This document shows, in pieces, positions 23,499 through 32,266 of a stretch of DNA of 64,000 bases (its first letter is position 1; each line of letters begins with the position of its first letter). The translations under genes were made by a program, and so were the position numbers. The stretch lies in NCBI GenBank assembly GCA_947477565.1, contig CANJUR010000015.1:13470-77469 (forward strand), in the 5' to 3' direction. Source of the stretch: Deltaproteobacteria bacterium (GTDB taxonomy: Bacteria > Myxococcota_A > Polyangia > Polyangiales > Ga0077539). Below the pieces are notes generated by a model. The model was not told where the DNA came from. It saw only the letters and a list, made by a program, of their open reading frames with translations, and ran no database searches.

Positions 23499-23990
23499 TC
23501 AGACCTGCGCGTCAGCGCCGGCGTCGCCGCTGATGGTCTTCTTGCGGGCAGACTTCTTGGCGCTGATGCCGAGGGCGTACTTCGCCGAGCGGCGCTGGCC
23601 GATCTGCGAAACGTGGAGGCTCTTCTTCAACTTATTGAGGGCGTAGTGGAAGGGTCCCGGGTCAACCATCAATGTCCTGATCATCTCTGATGCGGTGATC
23701 TTGGCGCCACCCTTGAGTGCATCGAGAATCTGCACCTGGAGGGCTTCTACTTCCTTCTGCGAACTCTTCGGACCACGCTTCCTGCCTTTATGATTCGCGG
23801 CGGGAGCGACCTGCATGGCGCTCGCGGACTTCGGGGGGCGACCGCGACGCTTCGGGGCGTTTGCGGGAGGCGATTGGCTCAACGGCGCGCCGCCGCCGAG
23901 GCTGGTCACCACGGCCTCGCGAAACACAGCGAGGAGCTGCACGGCGAAGTCATTGAGGATGCGATTAATGTCGGTTTGCATATCAGCCAT
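23499..23990 (-). CDS. AT-hook DNA-binding protein with C-terminal winged-helix (H1/H5-like) region and basic tail
   Basis: Two AT-hook cores, KRRGRPPK and KGRKRGPK. These are followed by ILDALKGGAKITASEMIRTL...HYALNKLKK...GQRRSAKYAL and a Lys-rich tail. Confidence 0.7.
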   Translation of the reverse strand: MADMQTDINRILNDFAVQLLAVFREAVVTSLGGGAPLSQSPPANAPKRRGRPPKSASAMQVAPAANHKGRKRGPKSSQKEVEALQVQILDALKGGAKITASEMIRTLMVDPGPFHYALNKLKKSLHVSQIGQRRSAKYALGISAKKSARKKTISGDAGADAQV

Positions 23991-24851
23991 GGATCACCTC
24001 TCAACGCGGGACAGTCTCCGCAAGTGACAATCAAGTCAAGGTGCATTGTCAGGCTCTGTTGATCCCTGAACAGGGATGCGGGGAAACCATGATCTACCGT
24101 TAGAACACTTGTTTCATTGTCTATCTGCGAACCCCCGGCCCCGGCCCCGCAAGTGGGGCTCATCGTTGCCCTCATCTTTTCGGGCTATGCGCCGAAGCCC
24201 GCGCGACCTCACCCCGCGCTGCCGCGCGCCCCCTCTCCCAGGAGGGTTCACCTCGGGACACATCTCACGATTCGGCTGTAATTCTTGCTGATTCGTGCGC
24301 TCGATGGGTGGTTGGCGTGGCCGGAGGGCGAGCGCCGGCTGCGCGTTCGCAGACGGGCCTTCGGTCCTGCGATCACTGAAGCCTCAGGGCAGGGAGGGCA
24401 GAAACACCACGATTCTCGAAACCTCTCTCGCACCGCGACGAGCGACGAACGCATGCGCTGCCGCTCGAAGGCCTGGAAGTGCTGCGCGTGCGAAACGAGG
24501 TGCTCATCACGGACGTGGCTGGCGTCGTCGCAGGAATCAATGGGGGCGCGCGGTCGCGCGGGCTTCGATGCATCGCCGGAACTCTGGCATCCCATCGAAT
24601 GCACGTTGCCTCGTCCGGACGTGTTGAAATCGCTAGAGAATTCGATGTAACGCTCGCTATGGGGTCAACCATCAGATCTTCTGCGGGTCGCGCCCCTCCG
24701 GTGGGATCCCCCCCAAAAGGAGATTCAGGGGACTTTTCTCCGTGGCTCCTTCGGGCGCTTCAACGAGGGGCGGGGTTGGGGTATCGTGCCCCGAACCGAC
24801 GGCGCAGGAAGCCGCGCGGACAGACAGACGACGCGAAAGGAAGCGGGACGC

Positions 24852-25469
24852 ATGAGCGATTCGGTGGACAACGGGGCGACAAACGACGCAATCGCGTGGC
24901 CCACGGTGCTGGAAGAGCCCTTCAAGGCCGAGCCCGCGGGATGGTCCTTCGCGGCGACCTCCCGCACTCCGCCGCTGCGCTTCGACGCACCCGGCCTGGT
25001 CGTCACGCTGCCCGGCGGCGAGACCTCCGTCGCGGCCTACTGGTTTGAGAAGCAGCACTTCGGGGATTTCTCCGTGAGCGTCAGTATTGCCCTGCTCAGC
25101 GCCCAGGAGCCCACGCAAAGCTATGCGGGCATCAGCTTTCGGGCGAAGAGCGACAAGGACAACTATCGGGTGTTCATTGATGGTGAGGGCTATTATCGCC
25201 TCACTCGCCGCGTTGCCAACACCAGCACCGCGCTCATCGATTGGACACGCCACGAGGCCCTCAAGGCTGGCGTCGGCGAGGAGAATCGGCTCCGTGTGGT
25301 GGCTACCGGCGGGGAGATCATTCTGTACGGCAATGATGTGCGTCTCGTCACCGTGCAGGACGACACCTTCGGCGTCGGCCACATCGCACTGCAGGCGCAG
25401 GGCGGCAGCGCGGAGAGCGATAGCGCGACGGTGTTCGCGTTTCGCAATCTCGAGATCGCCACGCCCTAG
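24852..25469 (+). CDS. Concanavalin-A-like (DUF1080/LamG-like) jelly-roll domain protein
   Basis: Beta-rich pattern FGDFSVSVSI...AGISFRA...YRVFIDGEGYYRL...NRLRVVATGGEIILYGN...GHIALQAQGG...FRNLEI. Start is the ATG at 24852 (MSDSVD). No signal peptide seen. Confidence 0.65.
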   Translation: MSDSVDNGATNDAIAWPTVLEEPFKAEPAGWSFAATSRTPPLRFDAPGLVVTLPGGETSVAAYWFEKQHFGDFSVSVSIALLSAQEPTQSYAGISFRAKSDKDNYRVFIDGEGYYRLTRRVANTSTALIDWTRHEALKAGVGEENRLRVVATGGEIILYGNDVRLVTVQDDTFGVGHIALQAQGGSAESDSATVFAFRNLEIATP

Positions 25470-28432
25470 AAGGGCGAACTGAAGAGCCCGTACACCTGAT
25501 GATCCCCGTCGGCCATGAAGCCCCGCGCGTAGCCGATGCGCGCGGAGAACGGGATGATGTACCCCGCCACGATATCGACCAGTAGCTCCGCGCCTGCGCC
25601 CACCAGCAGGGTGCTCGGATCAAAGCGGCCGAAGTTCGCGTTTCCCGCGTCTACGAACACGTCCCCGGAGATGCGTTGCAGGAAGATCGGCAGCGTGGAG
25701 ACGCCGCGCTGCGTCTGCCAGATGGGGAAGCGATACTCCGCGTTTGCCAGCTGAAACTGGCTCCCGCCGCGCACGTACGGGGGATACCCGCGCAGCGCGA
25801 TGCCGCCCGCCTGGACGCCATATCGAAAGGCGTCGATCCAGTTCTGTGTGGAGAAGCTGGGGAACCCGCCGACGGCGAAGACGCCGCGCTCGCCGCGGTC
25901 GTTGGTGCCAATGCCTGCGCCGAAGCGCAGCGCGAGGACGTGCCTTCGGCGGTCATGGCTCCAGGGCATCGGGATGTACCCTGTCACCGCTGCGGAGGCC
26001 TCAATGCCGCCGACGCTGCTACCGATGAGGCCATCGAGCACGCGCACCGTCGCAAACGCCGAGACGCCTTGCTGATTACTGATGGAGTAAGCGAAGCGCT
26101 GTGCGTTCGACCAACTCCATGCGAGTCGCAATCCCGCTACCCAGCCTTCGAAGGGAAATACTGGCGCAGGGGTGCTCGGGTCGCTGTTGCGGCTGAACTC
26201 CGGGAGTCCCCCGAAGGCGCGCACCCACTGGGCGTCGTAGGTCATGGACATCACATGGGTGTCGAATCGACTCGGAAACGCGATGGAGATTTCGCTCTCG
26301 CCACCGAGACGCTCGGCCGCCCAGGTGGGATTGACGCGCCCGATGCGGTATCCGCCGCCCGCATCGACGGTGCGGTAGAGCCGCAGTCGCACCGTCGGGC
26401 GCATTCCCCGGTAGGTGTATCCGAGGTCGATCCACGGGTCGCCGCGCACGAGGCCGACGCCCACGCGCGCGCTCCAGGAGTGACGGCCGACGATGTCTGT
26501 CGACTCGGTGCGCACCGCGAGCTGCGGCCCGAAGCCGTCCGTGGTGAGCTCCGCGGACCACGTGCGCGGCCGTAACGTGGGCCACGGGTTGTACGCCGTG
26601 AGTCGGGTGGGAAAGTCCGCGACGGCGTCTTCCGACGGGTGCGGATCGCGCGCTTGATCGCGGCCGAACGGGTCCGTCGTGACGACCTCCGGGTCGCGCC
26701 AGCGGGCGGGGTCGAAGGGTAGTCGCAAGAGGTCATAGCCGCGGTGCGAGTAGCCCAGATAGACGAGCGTGCGGCCGTCTGGGCTGACGTTGGGTTGCCA
26801 CGCGCCGAGCACGCTGTTGGTCACCTGGCGTACGCGCCCGGTGGCCACCTCCATCGCATAGAGGTTGGCGATTCCGGTGCGATCGGAGGACCAGAGAAGC
26901 CATCGCCCATCGGGGCTGTAGGAGGGTGACGTGTCGAGTGCGCGGTCGTGGGTGTGTTGCGTGAGGGCGTGCGTGGCGCGGTCGACGGTCCATAGGTCGC
27001 GATAGCCGCCGCGGCGCCAGAAAGAGAACGCCACGGTGCGCCCATCGGGGCTGTAGCGCGGTGCGAATACCTGCTCGAAGGGGCGCGGATGGACCAGTAT
27101 GCTCGGGTGGCGGTCGGTGAGGGACATCTCCACGAGGCGGGTTGTTCCGCGGTGGTTGATTGAGAATACGGCGTGGTCGGCGTCCGGGTGGACGTCGGGC
27201 TGCTGCGCGCGCCAACCGTCCGTGAGGCGCTCGTCGGAGGTGACCGAGAGGGCGTGGTCGTCGTTGCGCGCGAGGCTCCAGCGACGGAGGTCGTGATAGA
27301 GGTAGAGATGGCGGTGTACGTCTGTGTCGGAGACCAGCAGGGCGTCATCGCCCCAGGGCGCAAAACCCGAAGGACCAGCCACCCGATCGAGGTCTGTCGG
27401 AGTGGGAATAGCACCTGTGGATGAGTCGAAGACGCCCGCGTCGAGGGCCCTCAGGCGCGCAGCGGACTGCCCATCGGAGCTTTCATAGATGAGCGTTCCA
27501 TCGGAGAGAAAACGCGGATTGCGGACATACTCGCCCTGCGCCGTGAGGGCGGTGCCCTCTTCGAGGACATTGGCCACCAGGGCGTCGCGCTGTCGCGTGT
27601 ATCGGGCGATCGTGTCGCGCCGGAAGTCTTCATAGATCTCCTCCCAGGTGGCGCCTGTGACACGCTGGATTGCGCGGTTCAACTGCCAGGGAGCGGCCAT
27701 GGAACCGTACTCGCGACTGAGCGCCCGGAGGCTGTCAGCGCCGTAGCGTTCGGCCACGTAGCGCATGAGAAATGAGCCGTAGAGGTACCAGAGGTTGCCG
27801 TGCGGCCAGCGGTTGGGGCCGACGGTGAGCTGGTCGAGGGTCTGGAAGTTTCCCCCGAGCGCATCGGCGCGAAGATACGTATCCCAGGTGGCGGATCGCA
27901 GCCGCCCGCCGCGAGTGTGCAGGCTCTCTTCAAACACCGCGAGCCCTTCAAGGATGAAGCGCGGCTGTACCTGGTTGGGAGCCCATTGCTTTCCAATGAT
28001 GGTGTTGACGATCGCCGGGATACCCGAGATCTGATCGGCGTGGAGAATATGCGCGTACTCGTGTGTGACGAGGTTCTCCAGCCAGTCGTCGTATTGCTCC
28101 AGAACCGAGAGGTCGTCGGGCGCCGTGACGAAGAGCTGGAGGGTGTTGAGCGGAAGGGCCGTGGCGCTGCCGTTGGCGTCGTCGGTGCTGTCGCGCAGAA
28201 CGATCTGCGTCAGCTCGCTCTGACGCCAGCCGAGCGGGACCGCGAGGCGCTCGACGGTGTGTTCGGCGATGACCGCGACGCGGCGCGCGAGGGGTTCCAT
28301 TGCTTGATAGAAATGGATGCGGAAGTGCGGCGTTTCGAGGGTGCGCCATTGCAGGCGAGCGTCTTGTTGGGCATGGACCGCGGCGGGGCTGAGGGCGAGG
28401 GCGAGTGACAGCGCGCGGGCGCGGCGCGTCAT
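25466..28432 (-). CDS. Outer-membrane protein with gluzincin-like HExxH domain, TolB/PD40 beta-propeller repeats and a C-terminal beta-barrel
   Basis: Signal peptide MTRRARALSLALALSPAAVHAQ. HEYAH followed by EGLAVFEE. Repeated SPDG motifs (YSPDGRTVAFS, YSPDGRWLLWSS, VSPDGRTLVYL). The long beta-strand-rich C-terminus ends GLFSSPF. Start is the ATG at 28432, overlapping the upstream stop (ATGA). Confidence 0.8.
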   Translation of the reverse strand: MTRRARALSLALALSPAAVHAQQDARLQWRTLETPHFRIHFYQAMEPLARRVAVIAEHTVERLAVPLGWRQSELTQIVLRDSTDDANGSATALPLNTLQLFVTAPDDLSVLEQYDDWLENLVTHEYAHILHADQISGIPAIVNTIIGKQWAPNQVQPRFILEGLAVFEESLHTRGGRLRSATWDTYLRADALGGNFQTLDQLTVGPNRWPHGNLWYLYGSFLMRYVAERYGADSLRALSREYGSMAAPWQLNRAIQRVTGATWEEIYEDFRRDTIARYTRQRDALVANVLEEGTALTAQGEYVRNPRFLSDGTLIYESSDGQSAARLRALDAGVFDSSTGAIPTPTDLDRVAGPSGFAPWGDDALLVSDTDVHRHLYLYHDLRRWSLARNDDHALSVTSDERLTDGWRAQQPDVHPDADHAVFSINHRGTTRLVEMSLTDRHPSILVHPRPFEQVFAPRYSPDGRTVAFSFWRRGGYRDLWTVDRATHALTQHTHDRALDTSPSYSPDGRWLLWSSDRTGIANLYAMEVATGRVRQVTNSVLGAWQPNVSPDGRTLVYLGYSHRGYDLLRLPFDPARWRDPEVVTTDPFGRDQARDPHPSEDAVADFPTRLTAYNPWPTLRPRTWSAELTTDGFGPQLAVRTESTDIVGRHSWSARVGVGLVRGDPWIDLGYTYRGMRPTVRLRLYRTVDAGGGYRIGRVNPTWAAERLGGESEISIAFPSRFDTHVMSMTYDAQWVRAFGGLPEFSRNSDPSTPAPVFPFEGWVAGLRLAWSWSNAQRFAYSISNQQGVSAFATVRVLDGLIGSSVGGIEASAAVTGYIPMPWSHDRRRHVLALRFGAGIGTNDRGERGVFAVGGFPSFSTQNWIDAFRYGVQAGGIALRGYPPYVRGGSQFQLANAEYRFPIWQTQRGVSTLPIFLQRISGDVFVDAGNANFGRFDPSTLLVGAGAELLVDIVAGYIIPFSARIGYARGFMADGDHQVYGLFSSPF

Positions 28433-29169
28433 GGGAGGGCGGCGGCGTCCCGTGGGGTGGCGGCGGTATCGACGGCGGCGTCGCGCACGGGGTCGGGCGC
28501 GGGGCGGTGCACGCGCTCGGTGGAAAGCCAGGTGATGGCCGCCTGGGCCTGGAGGGCGTCGTCTTCGAGCTGGTCTACGGAGAGTTCGACCTGGGGCCCG
28601 TTGGGCCACGACCAGCGGGCGTTGATCTGCGATTGCCGAGAGGTGAGGCAGAGCGGGAGGTGGCCGCGGCAGCCGGGGCCGATGCGTCGGGCGCTGCTGA
28701 TGGGCGCGCCGAGGGAGCCGCGGGTGAACTCCAAAAGCCGATCGTATTCGCGGAGGAGGATGTCTTCGTCGTCGGTGCGTGTGGCATCGACGGCGACCGA
28801 GCAGAGGGCCGCGCCGCAGAACTCGTAGGTGACCAGCACGCGGACCGGGAGCGGCGTGAGTGCGGCTTCGCAGAAGAGGTACTCGCCGGACGGGTGGCAC
28901 GGGATATTGGCCGTGCGGTGCAGGGCGGCGACGTCCGCGACGGTTTGGCCGAAGGTCACGCCGAGGGCGCCCGCAGGGGCCGCGCGGTCGCGAATCAACG
29001 TGAATGTGGCCGCGTCCGGGCGGTCTGCGGCGGCGACCGATGGTTCGGTGGACGAACGATCGGAGCGCGGCACCAGCGGGACCACCACACCGAGGGCGGG
29101 CTGCGGGTTGCGCGATCGGCACGCCGCGAGGGCGAGAACGAGAACGAGGAGATAGCTGCGGCAGCGCAT
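28429..29169 (-). CDS. Lipoprotein of unknown function
   Basis: Lipobox LVLVLALAAC. Several conserved-looking Cys pairs. It is translationally coupled to the downstream HExxH-PD40-barrel gene. Confidence 0.7.
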   Translation of the reverse strand: MRCRSYLLVLVLALAACRSRNPQPALGVVVPLVPRSDRSSTEPSVAAADRPDAATFTLIRDRAAPAGALGVTFGQTVADVAALHRTANIPCHPSGEYLFCEAALTPLPVRVLVTYEFCGAALCSVAVDATRTDDEDILLREYDRLLEFTRGSLGAPISSARRIGPGCRGHLPLCLTSRQSQINARWSWPNGPQVELSVDQLEDDALQAQAAITWLSTERVHRPAPDPVRDAAVDTAATPRDAAALP

Positions 29170-29271
29170 GCGGGTTGCGACGGTATCACCATTGGGTGGT
29201 CGAGTTCGGCGTCGGCGCGGGCGCGCGGGGTTGTGGTGGCCTCCGCGGGTGGGCTACGGTCCGCGGCTGCG

Positions 29272-30726
29272 ATGAAGAGCAACGACCCGACAGTGGACCA
29301 GATCGTGGCGATGGTGGTCGAGCGACTGCGAAAGCAGGGCGTGACGGCAGGGCCGGGGGCGATCGAGCGGGCCCTCGCGGGCGGGCTCGGCGGAGGTGCG
29401 CCGACGGTGCGCATCAAGCGGCGCGGGGTGTTCGACGACGTCGATACGGCGGTCGCGGCGGCGCGGCGGGCGTACGAGCGCTACGAGCAGATGCCGATGG
29501 AGACGCGCCGCGCGGTGGTGCGCTCGATGCGCCAGGCTGCGATGGGAGTGCTTGAGGAGATGTGCCAGCGGGCCGTCAAGGAGACGAGCCTCGGGCGCAT
29601 CGAAGACAAGCGGATGAAGAACCGCGCAGCCATCACGAAGACTCCGGGGCCGGAGATTCTCGAGCCCATCGCGGCCAGCGGCGACGACGGACTGATGATC
29701 ACCGAGCGCGCGCCGTACGGGGTCATCGCGGCCATCACGCCGTGCACCAACCCGACCGAGACGATCATCAACAACGGCATCGGGATGGTCGCCGGCGGCA
29801 ACGCGGTGGTGTTCAACACGCACCCGCTCGCTCGCGAGACCTCGGCCTGGTACGTGTCGCTGCTCTCCGACGCGATCGTCGCCGCGGGCGGACCGGAAGA
29901 CCTGCTGTGTTGCATCGCCTCGCCGACGGTGGCGAGCGCGCAGGCCCTCATGCGGCATCCGGGGGTTCGCATCGTGGTGGTCACCGGCGGCGGCGCGGTG
30001 GTGACCGAGGCGATGAAGTCCGGCAAGCGGGCCATCAGCGCGGGCCCGGGCAACCCCCCTGCGGTGGTCGATGAGACCGCCAACCTCGAGGCCGCGGCGC
30101 GTGGCATCGTGGCGGGCGCGAGCTTTGACAACAACGTGATCTGCACGTGTGAGAAGGAAATCATCGTCGTCGCGTCGGTGGCCGACAGGTTCAAGAAGGC
30201 CCTGAAGGAGAGCGGGACGCACGAACTTACGGCGGGCGAAGTGCGCGCTCTTGAGCGAGTGATCCTGACGGCGGACGGGCACGTCAATCGGGAGTTTGTC
30301 GGGCGCAACGCCAACGTGATCCTGCGGGCGATCGGGAAGAGCGCGCCGGACGATCTGCGACTGCTGTGGGCCGAGGTTGATGAGAAGCACCCGTTTGTGC
30401 AGCACGAACTGCTGATGCCGGTGCTGGGGCTCGTGCGGGTGAAGGACGTCGATGAGGCCATCGCGACGGCGAAGCGCGTCGAGCACGGCTACGGCCATAC
30501 CGCCACGATGTGGAGCACCAACATCGAGAACCTCTCGCGCATGGCCCGCGCCATCAACACGTCGATCTTTGTGAAGAACGGCCCCAACTATAACGGCATC
30601 GGCGTTGGCGGCGAAGGGTGGACCTCCTGGACCATCGCATCGCCCACGGGCGAGGGCCTGACCACCGCGCGCACCTTCACTCGCGAGCGGCGTTGCACGC
30701 TAAAGGACGCGTTCCGGATCGTCTGA
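29272..30726 (+). CDS. CoA-acylating aldehyde dehydrogenase, EutE/PduP type, with N-terminal encapsulation-peptide-like helix
   Basis: ALDH core with ERAPYGVIAAITPCTNPTET, VVTGGGAVV, AGPGNPP and the catalytic FDNNVICTCEKE. The N-terminus is MKSNDPTVDQIVAMVVERLRKQGV plus a Gly/Ala linker. Start is the ATG at 29272. Confidence 0.9.
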   Translation: MKSNDPTVDQIVAMVVERLRKQGVTAGPGAIERALAGGLGGGAPTVRIKRRGVFDDVDTAVAAARRAYERYEQMPMETRRAVVRSMRQAAMGVLEEMCQRAVKETSLGRIEDKRMKNRAAITKTPGPEILEPIAASGDDGLMITERAPYGVIAAITPCTNPTETIINNGIGMVAGGNAVVFNTHPLARETSAWYVSLLSDAIVAAGGPEDLLCCIASPTVASAQALMRHPGVRIVVVTGGGAVVTEAMKSGKRAISAGPGNPPAVVDETANLEAAARGIVAGASFDNNVICTCEKEIIVVASVADRFKKALKESGTHELTAGEVRALERVILTADGHVNREFVGRNANVILRAIGKSAPDDLRLLWAEVDEKHPFVQHELLMPVLGLVRVKDVDEAIATAKRVEHGYGHTATMWSTNIENLSRMARAINTSIFVKNGPNYNGIGVGGEGWTSWTIASPTGEGLTTARTFTRERRCTLKDAFRIV

Positions 30727-30781
30727 GCGGGGGGGCGGAAAAAAGGGGGGCGCGCGGAAGGAGCGATGGCGCTCTGCCCGC

Positions 30782-31714
30782 TCAGCGCGGCTTGCGCGAG
30801 AGGAGCTTCCAGACCTTCACGCCGTCGCGCGCGGTCATCGGGGTCACTTCGAAGTAGTCGAGCATGATCGTGCGTACGGAGCCGCTGCGATCGAGCTTGA
30901 TGTCGCAGCGGTCGCCGTTGATGCCGACCACCTGGGCGTCGCCGAAGGTCGGGTGTTCGAGCACGTCGCCGACGGAGATCTCCGGGGTGACGTTTTCGTC
31001 GATGGCGCGCTCCTGCTTGGCGGGCATCGCATGGAGCTGCTGCGCGGCATCGGCGAGCGATGTGGGCTTCGTCACGACCTCTGGTGTGGGCGTCGGAGCG
31101 GGCGTCGGGCCAGGCCGGCGGGCGATCATCACCGTGGGCATCGGAGTCGGGGCGGCCTGCGCGGCGGCCTCTGCGCGCTCGGCGGTGGTGATGCGCCGCG
31201 GTCGGACGCTCTCCCCGATGCTGGTGGCGGCGATGTTGGACGGGGCCAGCGGGCGCGGTGTTGCGTTGGGCGTGGACGATCCGGCGCGCCAGGTAGGGAT
31301 GCCGGTGGTTTCCGGCGAGCGCTCGAGCGAGAGGTCGTCGTGGAGGAAGAGCGTGAGCTCGACAGCGACGACCTGGGCCTCGATGAGTCGACCGCCGATC
31401 AGTTCGACGCCGTTGCCGGTGTCGCGCGCGACGGCGGCATGCAGGTAGAGGTCGGGGTGGCCTTCGCGGGTCGAGAGGTGTCCGTGGAGCGAGACCAGCT
31501 CGAGGCGACCGGTAAAGTTGCGGGCGTCGCCGTAGGTGCGGGCGCGCGCGTCGTAGGAGTCCAGGATCACGGACTCGAGAGCACCGTGGCCCTGCACCGT
31601 GGCGACGGTGATGCGTTGGGTGGTGATGAGGGAGGCGAGAGACTCCGCGAGGTCTTCGCCCTTGTTGAGACGCACAACCAGCGAACGCACCGACTGAGAC
31701 GAGGTGACCAGCAT
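30782..31714 (-). CDS. PPC (DUF296) domain protein with Pro-rich linker and C-terminal Tudor/SH3-like (DUF3553-like) module
   Basis: The N-terminus SLVVRLNKGEDLAESLASL...VATVQGHGALESV...LELVSLHGHL...HLHAAV fits the PPC pattern. The C-terminus is VGDVLEHPTFGDAQVVGINGDRCDIKLDRSG. Start is the ATG at 31714. Confidence 0.65.
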   Translation of the reverse strand: MLVTSSQSVRSLVVRLNKGEDLAESLASLITTQRITVATVQGHGALESVILDSYDARARTYGDARNFTGRLELVSLHGHLSTREGHPDLYLHAAVARDTGNGVELIGGRLIEAQVVAVELTLFLHDDLSLERSPETTGIPTWRAGSSTPNATPRPLAPSNIAATSIGESVRPRRITTAERAEAAAQAAPTPMPTVMIARRPGPTPAPTPTPEVVTKPTSLADAAQQLHAMPAKQERAIDENVTPEISVGDVLEHPTFGDAQVVGINGDRCDIKLDRSGSVRTIMLDYFEVTPMTARDGVKVWKLLSRKPR

Positions 31715-31820
31715 GGGTAGGCGCCCGTGTAAGGGACGATGGCCCCGGGCGCAACCGCCCCGACGTGCATGCCGGAAGAATGTCGCTGGGCGGGCACTGC
31801 GTGGCGGAATTTCCCCGTGG

Positions 31821-32246
31821 CTAGAGCTCGGGCAGCGGAACCTCGACGGCGTGACCCGCTTCGATCTCCAGGACAACCTCGCGGGTGAGCACCTGCGTGT
31901 CGCCGACGACCTCGATTCGCGCGCGCCACCGCCCGGTGGGCAACGTGCTCGGCGCGTTGACGACGGCGAGGGAGCTGCCGGGCTCGGCTCGGCGCTCGAT
32001 GCGGCGCAGCGTGGATCCGTCGGTGTCGAGCAGCTCGATGCGCAGCGCGCGCACGTCGAAGCCGCGGCGGGCGATGGGGTGCAGGTCGGCGTGGAGGATG
32101 ACGTCCCGCGGAGCATGGCCGCCGAGCTCGTTGCCCACGACCACGACGCCGAGCACCACGATGGCGGCGGCGAGCACCCGGCGCACGCGCGGGGGAATGG
32201 ACGACCAGAGCTTCAACACGGTGGCGCACCCTAGCAGACGGCGCAC
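31821..32246 (-). CDS. Small N-terminally membrane-anchored hypothetical protein
   Basis: High GC3 on hand translation. TM segment VLAAAIVVLGVVVVG followed by a beta-rich about 95-aa domain. Start uncertain (GTG at 32246 or 32219). Confidence 0.5.
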   Translation of the reverse strand: MRRLLGCATVLKLWSSIPPRVRRVLAAAIVVLGVVVVGNELGGHAPRDVILHADLHPIARRGFDVRALRIELLDTDGSTLRRIERRAEPGSSLAVVNAPSTLPTGRWRARIEVVGDTQVLTREVVLEIEAGHAVEVPLPEL

Positions 32247-32266
32247 GGTGCTATCACCGCAACCCT

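Noticed and set aside
24248-24604. 118-aa minus-strand ORF inside the 24.0-24.85 kb island.
   Set aside because: The first about 60 codons show some GC3 bias, but the rest does not. There is no RBS, no recognisable motif, and the sequence is Cys/Arg/Ser-rich. It is kept only as a note inside the island finding.
28433-29122. 230-codon N-terminal extension of ORF 25466..29122.
   Set aside because: The extension is an Arg/Pro-rich string (RRRRPPGRG...). It overlaps the lipoprotein gene, which has a proper lipobox in another frame. The internal ATG at 28432 gives a clean signal peptide and an ATGA overlap.
28405-29271. 289-codon N-terminal extension of the aldehyde dehydrogenase ORF.
   Set aside because: It is Gly/Arg/Ala-rich with no domain, and it is antisense to the lipoprotein gene. 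The ATG at 29272 starts the conserved-looking enzyme.
30724-30784. Inverted repeat TGAGCGGG ... CCCGCTCA spanning the convergent stop codons of the aldehyde dehydrogenase and PPC genes, as a possible bidirectional terminator.
   Set aside because: There are only 8 bp of pairing around an about 45-nt G/A-rich loop and no U-tract, which is too weak to call a terminator.
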